From positions 45,465,404 to 45,529,403 of the forward strand of contig NC_081379.1 in NCBI RefSeq assembly GCF_030684315.1: a DNA stretch of 64,000 bases. Direction: 5' to 3'. This stretch comes from Stegostoma tigrinum. Its lineage: Eukaryota. Shown piece by piece: positions 35,895-49,600 of the stretch. Both the position numbers and the translations under genes were made by a program. Position 1 is the first letter of the stretch. Every line of letters begins with the position of its first letter. The notes under the pieces are model-generated. The model was not told where the DNA came from. It saw only the letters and a program-made list of their open reading frames with translations, and made no database searches.

Positions 35895-36175
35895 CAATCA
35901 GATTTCAGACCTGACCTAAGTACTAAAATAACTCTTCTCAAAGTAACAAATGAAATCCTGTGTGATTGTGAGAATAGGAAGCTATCTTTTCTTTTTCTTT
36001 GTGAACTGTTAGCTGTCCTTCCTCACCTCTTCTCCTCTGTTATCCACCTGCATCTCTTGCAAAACCTTCTCTTCCCACTTCAGCGCTGTCCCCTCCGGAG
36101 TTCCAAAGGACCCATCCTTTGTGACTTCCTATTTCTCAGCTACATGCTACCCCTCGGCAATGTCATTCCAAAACT
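35895..36175 (+). mobile_element. Old L2-type RT fragment
   Basis: GVPKGPILxxFLFLSYMLPLG-like motif and a KVTNEILC segment. Confidence 0.55.
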
Positions 36176-39100
36176 GAAATGCAGCTTACTAGTAATGTCA
36201 TTGAACTGTTTTATTTTTGAGGTGATAATACACACCGTGAATAAGAAGGGATTCGCCAGGTGAAGCTAGATTTTCCAGCCATTGGCTTTGAATGAGTGAC
36301 CAATATGACTCGATTAATCGATATTATTAGTTGTGAGTCCAAGGCCTCTCTTGCCAAATATCACCACAGTTGCTACTCTAGACCCCTCACAGAAAATATA
36401 CCACACCAGTGTCAAGCTTACCAAACTGGCCACCTGGGGCTCATGGTCTATTTCATCCGTCAAAATCTTCTAAAAAATAATTTCAGGGTTTAAGTCTTCT
36501 ATTGGCAGTATCAGCATTCCCAGGACTGCAATAATACTTTTCCCTGGATTCGAACAAGATGACAATCAACTCGCTTGTTTATGTAAAATGTAAACCTAAA
36601 TTGTACAGTTGGGTGGTGTGTAAAACACAGACAAGAACTCCAACTGTAATAATCCATGGTGTTTATTGCAGAATTGTGCTTCTTGCAGTGTAGTAGCAAT
36701 TGCCGAGAATTAGGTTTTTTACACTTTTCCTTACATTCCCAGTCTTCAGATAAGGAAGAGCGTGAACACTTCCAAGGACCTAAAAACTGTGCAGGAAGGT
36801 GACAGAATTCAACTCTAGTCTAGTTGACCCTAACAGCGTAACAGCAAAAGCTGCTGAAAGGCAGTTCCTTTTTCTGTTCCTACTGGCTGGACTTTATGCC
36901 CCTCCGGCCCATCCCACTCCACTGGTGAAGTAAAGGGCAGTGGAGCTTTTCACATAAAATGCCGTGCCTTCCCATAACCGTCCTGCCAATCCTGGCTTGT
37001 CTTCCATTTTAGGGCAGGCCAGTGAAGATGGCGGACAACCTACTCACCCTAGGGCTTATTGACGTTTTAAATCGTCAGCTAATGCCCACTTAAATGCCTT
37101 CTTTTGCCTTCCTTTGCTACTTTACCCACAGTAGATGAAAGTTCAGGCCAGTTGGAGGCCCAGAAGCTTTCACTCCATGGACTAATGACTGGTAAACAAG
37201 GGAATTGTCTCCTTTGAGAAGTTCTGTTTTTCTGTTGGAGCTACCCTCCACCATACACTCCCCCAACCCACTAGAATTTAAACCCACCAGCTCCAGGCCT
37301 TTCCAATCACTCTCCACTCCAACCTCTTGCTGATGTCTACCAACTAGGCCCCATCAATATACCTCATCCAATCAGATGCCCAGCAGCTCCTCCCCAGATG
37401 GAGGTAGAATTATTGACTTTAAACAGCTAGTTTTGATTTAATTTAGTTTAGATTTTTAACATTTCCAGTGTAAAGTGGCTGTAGAGCATCTGGCTTTTGG
37501 GTGAACAGTTTCATAACAAACATTTTAGTCCAGAGTACAGAGAATATGCAGAATTGTAAAATCCACACCACGGCCACTCAAAGAATTTAATATAACTCAT
37601 TTTCACTTTCATCTTTTCAGTAACAAATGTTTGAATTAAAAAGCATTGCTCGTGATTGTTCTTCCCATGAATTCCTCTCAGAAAAATCTTTATTGGAAGT
37701 GTTTTGAAAATTACATCAAATCTTACACAAAATTGTATGGGCGCATCAGTGAAAATTTCTTTCAGTGCTTACAACGCTAGGAGTAACTCCAACTCCTCAA
37801 TAATCTGATGTTTTGTATATATGTGAATTTTTTTTTGACAGGCAATAAAAATATTAAATTGTACAAATGAAATAATGTAATTGCAAACTGATAATTTTTC
37901 CAGAGTACTGAAGCCCTCCATTATGTTCTTACACTTGCTAGAGGCTGTGATCATGTGTTACGAATGTTCTTATTGTGTTAACCTTAGTGGGTCCCAGCAG
38001 TTTGTTAGTCAGAGCACACATCTCTGCTTCTTTGGTTTTGTGCAGTGTTCTGAACCATGGCAGGAGACTGATATTTGCACAAGCTGGCACCTATGAGAAG
38101 GCTGCCGTCCATCTTGATCCGGTGACACCACAATGTTGTCATGCCTCTGGTGATGTTGAGAAAAGAGACATTGTAAGAGTTCATTAATACCACAGCACAA
38201 TTACTGGCATGGAATGCTTCTCCAGTTTTATATATCGATAGTCTGAAGTCTGAGCTTCATTTGTAGCCTTCTACTGGGTAATAAGTTGTATTGTAGTCCC
38301 TGACTGGGCATTAGTTACCCTCCTGTGTAAATCACACCTGGCATTTAAAAGACAATGACTTTCAAACGTTTCATTTCCTTGAGTAATGGAAATGGCCTTG
38401 GTGGAACGATAAATTGTGACATTAAAAATGTCACAACTTAACATTTGGCTAGGCTGGAGAATATGGCTCCCTGTAGTTCCCTTAAGTGAACTTTAAATTC
38501 TTGAATGCTCACATTTGCTTTTAGAATTTCAGATCACATACAGTGACGCAGAGGAGAACATTAGTATTGCAGGAATGCATTTGCTTTCAAGGGAGCTTTA
38601 TTATACCATCTTTAACAGGTGGTAAAACCAATATCTTCAGAAAAATGTTAACTTTAAGTAATAGCCTCTTGCTGCAAATCCAGTCATCCTTCACTATCTT
38701 TTCTACCTTTATCACCTTTTGTTTTATGTTTGTTTATTTCAAACCAATAAAATCTGTTCTGACACAAGTGTTGTTGTAGCTTTACATTTTGGAAGTTGGA
38801 CATACATTGTAAAAAAATTTGACGGCTGGAATCCGTCTCAAGTCTTTTCATTTCCTCAGATGTTACATTCTGTCAGCAAAGTAAGGGGAATTGCCCCATT
38901 GCACAATACATTGCAGGGATGCCTGTGTCTGTGTGTGTTCCCCGTAGGGTCCTGTTCACACTAGCGTTTCCCTACTGCTGTTTTTGAATATGGAGGGGAA
39001 GGGGTCGTGGTTACTTGTAAAATGCAGCCTGTTGTCTCCCTGCCATTTTATAGGTAGTGGGGAAGGTTTTGGTTGCCCTGCCCACCGAGGTGTCTCTTGA

Positions 39101-39354
39101 GGCCTTTCAATGGTGATATGAGGGCCTCTTCCCACCCTGTGCTGTTTTGCCGACAGCAGTGGGAGGCCCACACCTGATGGGTAACCTGGTAACTTTTACA
39201 GGGTGAAATGGTACTGGGCAAGGGTGTGGTGGGGCAACTGTACTCAACTGCAGCACCACCCCCAAGGGGCCACATTCCCTTCCCACAATCTCTCCTGACC
39301 TCACCAGATACCATCATTACAGGAGATTGCCAGCTTTGTCCTACAGATATTCTA

Positions 39355-39865
39355 CAGAAACATAGAAAATCAGACCAGGAGCAGGCCAATTGGCCTTTGA
39401 GCCTGCTCCACCATTGAATATGATCATGGCTGATCGTCCAACTCAGTATTCTGTTCTCACTTTCTCCCCCAAACTCTTTAATCCCTTTAACTCTAAGAAC
39501 TATATCTAATTCCTTCTGAAAGCATTCAATCATTTTCTTTGGCAGAGAATTCCACAGGCTCACCACTCTCAGTCCTAAATGGCCTTTCCCCTATCCTTAC
39601 ACTGTTACATGAATAAAACAAGGAACTGTGGATGCTGGAGATCTGAAACAAGAACCAAAAGTGCTGGAGAAACACAGCAGGTCCAGCAGTATCTTTGGAG
39701 AGAGACAGAGAGACAGAGAGACAGAGTCCAGTGACTTCTTGTCAAAACTGTTCTCCACCACCTTCTGTTTTTGTCTTTTTATGGTGACCCTTGGTTATGG
39801 ACTCCCCTTTAATCAGGAACATCCTCCCTGTGTTTAACTTATTTAGTCCTGCTAGAAGAGTCCTG
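39355..39865 (-). mobile_element. CR1 3' fragment with a PLE-derived insertion (~39610-39775)
   Basis: VVSLWNSLP...ELDIVLRVKGIK; the insertion has gatgctggagatctgaaac...gcaggtccagcag. Confidence 0.75.
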
Positions 39866-40861
39866 ATCGATTTAGCTGAAGTTTAGCCTGTGCTGACCAT
39901 GGTTCTTCAGGAATTGCAACGGCCACTGCCCAGACCTGGCACTACATAGATACTGGCCAATCAGATTGCCTGACAGCACTCTTAGTTGGGAGATCAGGGT
40001 GGAGATCTCACTCTTAGACAGTTAATGCCTTGTCGAATGGTAATTGGCTTTGCGGTAACCTGAGTCCATGGGGACTCGTCTTTCTTTAACCCTTCAGCTG
40101 GCAGACTGGTCAGCCCGATCACCCACTAAATCCTGGACCAGGTTCCTGATGCAGTAATACCATTAAACAAGTTTTAGTTTCAAACTGCTTCTCTACCGAA
40201 GGAATTCATTGGTTGATTCATCTACTGTAATGATGGCGGAGGTACAAAAGATGGCTCCTGCTGCCTGGTCTGCTAAGCGGCTTGTGGTACAATGCAGCAA
40301 GGTGCACTGGAGTACTGTATCCCAAAATCTGACTCCCTCAGCTGTGAGAGGGTATCAGGGCAGCTTTCCCTGGGAGACAGGTCACAAGGAAACACAGTAA
40401 ACTTATTATTACCAAGATTATAATGGAGCACGTCTGATACCAATTGAGTAATTTGAGAGCCAACTTCCCACTCTTGTTCAACTTTTAACTTCTAAAGAGT
40501 TGGTGCAGACATAGCTTTCTAAAAATGACCGTGCCATCAGTTAAGCTAATGTGCACTGAGGCTGGTGAAGACAGGAGATACTAGAGAGGTGTGAGTCAGG
40601 TGCAGTGTTGGGGAATACCTGTGACTGATAACACATCTCAAGGTCAAGCTGTGAACAGTCTCATCCATCCTCGCACAGTTGTCAAGGAGAAGGGTAGAAT
40701 GTGAGGTTTGAAAGTAGAGCTTGTGACAGGACTAAACACAATGGCTTTGGGCTTCCCAGTGTTTGGTTGCCTGAAATTGTAATTCATCCAGCAGTAGATG
40801 TTATTTAAATAACGTCTCAAGTGGGAAAGGTTGAAAGGAGTGGTGGTGGGATTGATGAGTG

Positions 40862-41044
40862 ATAATGAGAACTGCAGATGCTGGAGAATCCAAGATAATA
40901 AAGTGTGAAGCTGGATGAACACAGCAGGCCAAGCAGCATCTCAGGAGCACAAAAGCTGACGTTTCAGGCCTAGACCCTTCATCAGAGAGGGGGATGGGGT
41001 GAGGGTTCTGGAATAAATAGGGAGAGAGGGGGAGGCGGACCGAA
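40862..41044 (-). mobile_element. PLE terminal repeat inserted in the L2
   Basis: Homologous to 35370-35550; TSD-like gattg(a/c)tg(a/g)gtg at 40850-40861 and 41045-41056. Confidence 0.85.
40953..40990 (-). ncRNA. Minimal (dimer-type) hammerhead ribozyme motif
   Basis: Reverse complement is ct-CTGATGA-A-GGGTCTAGGCCT-GAAAC-GTC-agc: intact core, short stem II and palindromic ACGT stem III. Confidence 0.7.
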
Positions 41045-41779
41045 GATTGCTGGGTGTCAATATACATGTGGAAACTGATGCTGTGGTTTTATGAAGGGGC
41101 AGGATGTAGATGGCAAACAGAAAGAAGCCAAGGATTGATCCTTTAGAGTCACCAAAAGCAACGTCAGCATTAAACTGTAACTGCCGCACAGGCAGTGGCA
41201 CAGGACCAGGAAGAGATGCCAACACAAGTTATATTCGGGCTATGACGGTGGTGGATAAGAGATCAGTTAAGAGCAGCCCTACCTAGCTGAATCAGGGAGG
41301 ACCTGTGTTAGAGGATGATGATGTGGTCAACTGTGTCAAAGTGTGCAAAAGCTCGAGAAGTATAAAGAGGGAACGCTTGCTGCAGTAGGGTAGGGTAGCA
41401 CTGGGTACTCACTTACAACGGTACTATTTGTAAGAACCACTTCAGTACAATTACTGCAGCCAAAATCCTGATTGAAAAAATCCAAAAGTGGAGCTCCAGG
41501 AAAGGTGAGCGCGGATGAGAGAGGTAACAGCATGTTCAGGATGTGAGAGAAAGGAGGGTTAAACTGTGAACAGGTCTCAAGGGCAGGGAAATCAAGGGTT
41601 GGTATTTTGAGGAAAGGGATGATTGTGGCAGATTTGAAGGAAAGGAAGCCACAATCTGAGGAGAGGAAGCCATTAACAATATTAACTAACATGAGGACCA
41701 GGAAGACAACCCTCCCCGATTAACAAGAATGGAGTAAGGACCAGTTAAAATAGTCAACAGTTAAAATGCTCAATTCTCA

Positions 41780-44700
41780 CTTTAATATCTGGAAATTTAC
41801 TGATCTCTATTGTGATTGTGCCTAATGACTGAACCTCTACAGCTCTTTGGGTAGAGAATTCCAAAGATTCACCACCCTGTGAGTGAAGAAATTCCTCCTC
41901 AATCTCTTACTTTGAGATTGTGCCCCCTGGTTCTTGACCCCCTCCAATCCCACCCCAGTACCAAGGGAAACAGCCTTGCAGCATCAAGTCTGTTCAGCCC
42001 TGCAAGACTTTTATTCCCCTCAATGAAATGACCTCTCAATCTTCTAAACACCCGACAATACAGACCCAAACTCCTCACTCTTCCTTCAGTGAACAATTCC
42101 ACCATCCCCGGGGGTAGTCTGGTGTATTGCATTGTCCTGCTATGGCAGGCATATCCTCCTTAGTTGAGGACACCACAACTGTATGTAGTATTTGGTGCAT
42201 CTGACTAAAGCTCTCAGCAAGTTTTCTTTACTCCTGTACTCAAATCCTCTTGCAATAAAGGCCAACATGCTATTTGCCTTCCCAATTGGTTGTGGCACCT
42301 CCACGTTAGCTTTCAGTAACCCATGAACAAGGGCAAGTCATCTGAATATCCGCCCTTTCTACTCCCTCACCATTTGCATTTCTGTTTATCCTACCGTTTT
42401 GGATAATCTCACACTTACCCATTTTTTTTCACTTGCCATATTGTTACCCACTCACTCAGTCTATCTAAACCCAGTTGAAGCCTCTTCACATTCTTCTCAC
42501 ATCTCATCTACTTTTGCATCATCGGCAATCTTGGCAATATTACATTTGGTCTCCACGTACAAATCATTGTGAATAGCTGGGGCACAGGTGCTGATCACTG
42601 CAGTATCCCACTTGCCAACCTGCGAATGACTTGTTTGATCTTACTCTCTATTTTCTGTCTGTTAACTAATGCTCAATCTATTGCACCCAATTCTACATGC
42701 ACTAATGTTGCTTATTAATTTCCTATGTGAGACTTTAGCAAAAGTCTTTTGAAAATCGAAATACATCACTTTCATTCTTTACCCTTTCTATTCTGTTTGT
42801 TATGTTCTCAAATACCTCTTATCAGGTTTTTCAAACATAGCTGCCCTCTCATAAATACATGCTGACTCTGCCCAATCCTACCATCATTTTCTAAGTCTCT
42901 AAGTTATCGCATTCATTATTATAGATTCTAGATGTGTCCCTAACTAGTGATGGCAAGCAAACAGATCCATCCCCCATGTTCTTATTCCATCCTTTCTTAA
43001 GTACTGGGATTATTTTGGTTCCAAAATATATAAAATTTTGGAAGATAGCCACTTCTTTCATATCTCTGGGACATAGCTCATCAGGCCCAGGAGATTTATC
43101 AACTGTCAGTTACATTAATTTCGTCAGTTCTACTTTCTTATAATGCTAATTACTTTCAGTTCCTCATTTCACTCATCCCCTGATTCTCCAGTATTTCTGG
43201 GGTTTATGCATCCATAAAGACAGATGCAATTTGTCTGTTTAATTTATCCGTTATTTTCCTGTTCTGCATTACAACTTCTCCTGTCTCTGCCTATAATGAG
43301 CCTGCATGCATTTGTCTTTGCTAGTCTTTTCCTTTAGACATACATAATTAGGCTCCTCCAGCCTATATGTGGATTTAAATACCCCATGATTACCACATTA
43401 GTCTTGTTACATGTATCTCCAATTTTCTGATTCATACAGTGTCATTACAGTTTGGTGGCCAGTCAGCAACTCTTACCAATGTTTGAAACCTCCAGCCATA
43501 ACTTAGCCACAAATTGTATCTACATCTTAATCTTCTTGTCTTAGGTTCCTCTGTCACTACTATAATGATCTCATCCTTTATTAACCATGTTTCTCTCCCT
43601 CCTTTTACCTTTTGCTGATTCTTCCTAAATGTGATCAGCTTTGAACGTTTAGGTCCCAACCTTAACTACACTGTAGCCATGATTCCACAATAATAACTAG
43701 AGCTCATTTGTTCACTTCTAGTCATCCTGTAAATTCAGCTGCCTTGTTGTGATGTAGTGTACCTTCATTTGTCTTTTTTCTTATTTTTGCAATTCTACGC
43801 TTACATGCTGGATCACTCTTAGATTTGTATTCTCTTTCCCATTCTTTCACTCTCTGATTATTTTGGGCAGCACGGTGGCTCAGTGGTTAGCACTGCAGCC
43901 TCACAGCGCCAGGGATCCAGGTTCAATTCCACCCTCGGGTGACTGTCTGTGCGGAGTTTGCACATTCTCCCTGTGTCTGCGTGGGTTTCATCTGGGAGCT
44001 CTGGTTTCCTCCCACAGTCCAAAGATGTGCGGGCTAGGCGGATTGGCCATGCTAAATTGCCCGTAGTGTTCAGGGGTGTGTGGGTTATGGGGGATGGGTC
44101 TGGGTGGGATGCTGCAAGGGTCGGTGTGACTTGTTGGGCCGAAGGGCCTGTTTCCGCACTGTAGAGAATCTAATGTAATCTTCTAATTATTACCTTGCTG
44201 TCTTGCCTTATCCACTGTCTTCGATTTATCACGTCTTGCCTGTTTGATCCCTTATCCCCGCTGTTTGTTTTGCAGCTCTCTCTATTGTCCTATGACTTAC
44301 CAAAACATTGGTCCCAGCAGAACTGTAATGAAGACCATTCCAACAGTACAGCTCTCATTTTCCCTCCTACTTTTGCAAGCGTCCCACGAATGGAAACCCA
44401 TTTCTCCCACACCAATATTGAGTCACACTCTGAATTCTCTAACCTTATTTACCCTATTCCAATATGTTTGTGGCTTAGGTATCATGCAGAGATTATAACC
44501 TTTGAGGTTCTGATTTTTGTTTTATAATTTAGTTGCCCATACTCTCCCAGAAGGATCTCTTCCCTGGTCCTGTCTATGTTCGTGGTACTCACTTGAACCA
44601 TAGCAACTGGACCCTGTCATCCCATGCTGAAAATTCTTCTTCTGGCTAGAAAAGATGTCCCAAACCCTAACACCGGGCACACAATACAGCCTCCTAGACT

Positions 44701-44900
44701 CTCATTCACAGCTACAAAGAACAGTGTTGACTATGCTGTCCTCGATTGCACAAATTCCTATTAACTCTGGTCTGCCTCACCTCGTCCTAGACATCCTATG
44801 CAGTGTCATGTTCAGCTTTCTCCTTCCCGAAATCCCTACTTTTTTTTCCAGACAAATTGTAAGAACCTCAAGCTTGTTTGACACTTGCTAAGGCTAGGGT
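41780..44900 (-). mobile_element. Old, near full-length degenerate CR1 LINE
   Basis: 3' region LGLYCRVFRRLRGHFIE...RTRGHNLKVR; RT motifs ADDAK and DFQKTFAKV in reverse complement; ORF1 esterase-like sequence at 44440-44720. Confidence 0.75.
43864..44182 (+). mobile_element. Young HE1/V-SINE-type SINE inserted in the CR1
   Basis: GGGCAGCACGGTGGCTCAGTGGTTAGCACTG...GGTTCAATTCC...V core...tail; TSD-like tct(g/a)attatt at 43853-43862 and 44182-44191. Confidence 0.95.
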
Positions 44901-45469
44901 TCTTCCACTTGTAGTTTCTAGCTTTGCAGTGCAGGTCAGTCGTTAAAATCCACCGGAGATCTGAACCGGGATTCTTACCCATCCCAGGCAAGAATTAAAA
45001 TCAGATCTTCTGTTCCAGTGTAGGGTAACCATGACAACTGGATAATTTCTTGGCCTTAAAGTTTTCATTCTACAGGAAACAAATTTGAAATTTGCAGTGA
45101 GGCTATCTGCCAGGTTTGGTGCGTGAGTTGAATGATTAAAGTGAGCAAGGAGGATTAGGAATTTATCTTCTTATGAGTAAGACCTTTATAATCCAGAGGC
45201 ACGTTGATCTCTGAATATGTCTCAGTTCTTACTCGTTGCAATAAACTGCGCACCCATCATCCTGTATTGAGGAACTAACTTATGCTACCATGTCGATGTG
45301 ACTTGGCAATCTGCTTTGATTAATGCTTTCTGTGTAGCTTTTGATGTAATGCTGTAGATTTTTTAACATGATGTGGAAACTTTAAGTGCTCCGAAGTTGA
45401 GATGTATTCGGGTGTCATTGCTCAATAGCTTGTGGTATTTGACATCCAGACAATGCATCCAATAATGAA

Positions 45470-45690
45470 TTTCAGAGAAGCTTTTTACCTAGAGAGTACT
45501 GAGAAACTGGAACTTGTTTGGGTGAAGCACTTCAGGTGAATGCATATTTAAGGGAAGTAAGGCAGCAGATGAAAGAAAAATGAATAAAAGGATTTTTGGT
45601 GGGTGAGATCAGTGAATTGAGAAGAACTCGAGTAGGGCATAAACATCAGCATTGATTAGTTGAGTCAAATGGCTTGTTTCTGTGCTAACA
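45470..45690 (+). mobile_element. Old CR1 3' end
   Basis: ctttttacctagagagtactgagaaactggaac...gagtcaaatggcttgtttctgtgct. Confidence 0.55.
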
Positions 45691-47129
45691 TAGTAAAAAC
45701 AATGTTTCAGACAGTCACAGCATGCTATGCCCCACAGACTGTTGATGGAGAATGCCCTGTGGCACCATCATTCTCATACACCTTGAAATCTAACCCCACC
45801 ATTACCCAATTACAATATTCAGCTGCTTTTGGAATGACTGCTGCTCAAAACACCCTCTAGGTTATTCTGATCAAAGTTACGAGCTTCAAATGAGAAAAAG
45901 CTCCAATTATTGACACAAAGCAGGATGCCATCTTCAGAGAACTCCAGGTCTGTGTACGTCACGAATGAGACACTGAGCTGTAGGCAGTTGCTGCTGACAC
46001 GGGACTCATTAGTTCAGCTGATGCACAGTGAAGGTCAAAGACAGTGGAGACTGCAAACAAGAGAATTGTTACAAGCTGGGGAGCTTTGAACAGCTTGTTA
46101 TCTGTAGAGTGCTGCATTATAGCCTTAATTCCTCCTAGGTCATAAACAGTGTTTGTAGAAAGTTGACAACAGATGGTGTATAGAAGCCCTTTCTTTGTTA
46201 CGATTAGTACAAGTAATGGATGGTGAATGCTTAATATTGTGGGGCATGGGTGTGATTATTTGTCCCACCCTTAAACAGAGACGGTGGAGACATTCATTAA
46301 TAATACAATCAATCATGATTTGAATGCATTTTTCAAATGAAGTCAAAGCATTGATCATGACAATTCAAACAATTTTCGTATCTAAATCCATTTGTAAGTT
46401 AATGCAGACCGTCCCATGCAATTAATTTTCTAATCATTTGAGCCCAAAATTATACAGGGCAATATACAGACTCTAATGTTTAAATCTTCAGATTTCAAAT
46501 TTCTCTCTTGCCTACTTTAGCAGAGATACTAAACTGCTGAGCATAAAACATAATGTAAACCTACTTATTGGCCCAGATCTTCCCATCAGTATCGGAAATC
46601 TTATTTCCAAACTTGATTGCAGAGAAAGGTATTTACCAAAGGTACAGATTTGATCAAGTGGAACCCTGTTTACAGTTAACCAACTGGAAAAGTAAGGAGG
46701 CTTTAAGGCTAGGCGGGTAGGGTAGATGAGGAGGTTGGAGTGTCTGGCAGATGAAGAAGCTGATAGCGTGCCAGCTAAGTGGATATGTACCTGGCAACTT
46801 GGGTGGGTTAGTATCTGTGGGGAGTAGCAGGAATGATACTGGTTCTAGCAGGATCAGGTTGAGTTCAGTGGTGGAGTTTCAGGGTCTGGTTGGCAGAGAT
46901 TAAGATTTGCAGGGAAGGTCAGATGTGGTTAGGTCTAGCATGGAGGACTGGTAAAGTTAGGGCTGTCAGGGTCTGTGGGGAGTTAGGGTGTCAGGATTTT
47001 TGCAGTTTACTTAGTGAGTCTCAGGTGTTTAATAGTTTCCCAGGAAATCGATTGTTTTGAGAATTCGTCAATGATACAACACACAACTTCTGTATACACT
47101 GTTGTAATCGCTATCTTTCCGTTGGAAGA

Positions 47130-47415
47130 CCTAGCCCAATATCTTTATCCATATAACCAAGAAAGCAATCCCTGCACCATTAGTGGCCATTTCATCAGCA
47201 GCTTGAACCCTATCCTCTAGAAATCCCTTCCTAAGCGCTTCACTAACGCACATTCCCCCTTTAAGCCAGCCCTTAAATCCCCCTCTTTGACCAAGCTTAT
47301 GGCCACCTGCTCTCAATAATGTCTCTTGGGACTCAGACTTAAATCCTGTGAAGTGCTTTGGGATGGCATTTTTACAATAAAGAGACTATATAAAAATTTT
47401 TTGATGCTGTTGCTG
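47130..47415 (+). mobile_element. Old L2-type 3' end
   Basis: ccttaaatccccctctttgaccaagctt...tgtgaagtgctttgggatg...tatataaa tail. Confidence 0.55.
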
Positions 47416-47786
47416 TCTTCCCAGCAGACTGTATTTCATGTCATGACTTAAGAGATTTTTCATCTGGTTTCTTGATGATTCTTTTTTCTCAACTGTCTCC
47501 ATAATCTTAGCAGAGCATTCTGAAGAGTTGAAACAGATTTTGAGCTTTGCCAAAAGCTTTAGCATTTGATTCCTAACATGTAGCTATTTAATTTAAGTAC
47601 CTGCAGCTCTTGAAATTACAGCTATAGCAGGATTTGGTAGCTTCACACGTGGGCCTTTAGACTATCTCTTTGAACAGGCTGAAATTACACTGCAAATGAG
47701 TTAGCCCCACAAAACCACAGTCGGCTCTCTGCAACATTAGTTACCTTTGTACTCGCTATTTCAATTTAGATTGAGCTGTTAACTTA

Positions 47787-48946
47787 TAGAACATAGAACA
47801 TAGAAAAGTACAGCACAGTACAGGCCCTTTGGCCCACAATGTTGTGCCATGGATTAATCCTAATCCAAAAATAAAATAACCTAACCTACATTCCCCTCAA
47901 TTCACTGCTGTCCATGTGCATGTCCAGCAGCCGCTTAAATGTCACTAATGACTCTGCATCCACGACTACCACTGGCAAAGTATTCCATGCGCTCACAACT
48001 CTCTGGGTGAAGAACCTCCCTCTGACATCTCCTCTATACCTTCCTCCTAACACCTTAAAACTATGACCCCTCATGGCAGTCAATCCTGCCCTGGGGAAAA
48101 GTCTCTGGCTATCGACTCTATCCATGCCTCTCATTACCTTGTACACCTCGAGCAGGTCACCTCTTTTCCTCCTTCTCTCCAGAGAGAAAAGTCCAAGCTC
48201 AGTCAACCTCTCCTCATCAGACAAGCCCTCCAGTCCAGGCAGCGTTCTGGTAAACCTCCTTTGCACCCTCTCCAAAGCCTCCACATCTTTCCTATAATAG
48301 GGCGACCAGAACTGGACACAATATTCCAAGTGTGGTCTCACCAGGGTTTTGTAGAGCTGCAGCTTAACCTTGCGGCTCTTAAACTCGATCCCCCTGTTAA
48401 TGAAAGCCAAAACACCATATGCTTTCTTAACAACCTTATCCACCTGGGTGGCAACTTTGAGGGAGCTATGCACTTGAACACCAAGATCCCGCTGTTCCTC
48501 CACACTGCCAAGAATCCTGCCTTTAATCCTATATTCAGCATTTAAGTTCGACCTTCTAAAATGCATCACTTTGCATTTATCCAGGTTGAACTCCATCTGC
48601 CATTTCTCAGCCCAGCTCTGCATTCTGTCAATGTCTCGCTGAAGCCTGCAATAGCCCTCAATACTATCAACGGCACCTCCAACCTTTGTGTCATCAGCAA
48701 ACATACTAACCCACCCCTCAACCTCCTCATCCAAGTCATTTATAAAAACTACAAAGAGCAGAGGCCCAAGAACAGAGCCCTGCGGGACACCACTCAGCAC
48801 TGACCTCCAGGCAGAATACTTACCATCTACAACCACTCTCTGCCTCCTGTCAGCCAACCAATTCTGAATCCAGACAGCCAAATCACCCAGTATCCCATAC
48901 CTCCTGACTTTATGAATGAGCCTGCCATGGGGAATCTTATCAAATG
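47787..48946 (-). mobile_element. Young 5'-truncated CR1 LINE with an uninterrupted RT C-terminal frame
   Basis: ORF 47886..48881 (331 aa) with GVPQGSVLGP and FADD; tail (ttctatg)n; TSD tg(t/c)taactta at 47777-47786 and 48945-48954. Confidence 0.97.
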
Positions 48947-49542
48947 CTAACTTAGACCTGCAAAATGGCTCCTTACTCCAGGTAACACTTTAGAGAAGAT
49001 TAGCAAGCTGGTTCTGGAGCATGGAGCCAAGAAGAATAAAAGCAGATCCTTTTTCCCAGATTGTGATTCGAAATAGAGTGCATTTGTAGTACCTTCAATA
49101 GCTTCTTTCATAATAGCAATGAGAGTATCTGTTTTGATTAGCTTTGAAGGTAAAAACTATAAGAAAAAGGATGAAGGTAATCTTCAAGGATCATAACGTT
49201 TCTGAGGCCTTGGGAGTGTCACCAGTGAATAACAAATGGCCAAATTTAAATGAAATTGATGAAATTAATTAGACAGCCTGAACATCTGATTGATTGTACT
49301 TATTAGGTAGGGAGAAATGTTTACAAACTTTCATCAGCAGCCAGATCCAGAGGTGGGCAAATCTTTCGACCAGGGTATAAGCATAAAAACCTTATGATGA
49401 TGATCACTATAAATACACTATCCTAATATGTGTTATTACACATTATATTCACATTACACAATAGTGAAACCATACGTTTTTCACACACTGTTGATTTAAT
49501 GTGAACTATGCAGTTAGTCATTCTCTTCGAACTTACAATCAA

Positions 49543-49600
49543 TTCTGAAGAAGAGTCACTGGACCCAAAATGTTAACTCTGCTTTCTCTTCACAGAGCTG
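49543..49600 (+). mobile_element. PLE-derived fragment with a decayed hammerhead core
   Basis: CTGAAGA-AGAGTCACTGGACCC-AAAA-TGTTAACTCTGC. Confidence 0.6.

Larger units (their letters stand above)
40560..41720 (-). mobile_element. Old L2 LINE RT region
   Basis: FKSATIIPFLKIPTLD; GSILGFFLFAIYILPL; WMNYNFRQPNTGKPKAIVF. Confidence 0.75.

Noticed and set aside
43864-43940. tRNA gene
   Set aside because: The tRNA-like head continues into the V-SINE core and LINE-derived tail, so it is a SINE.
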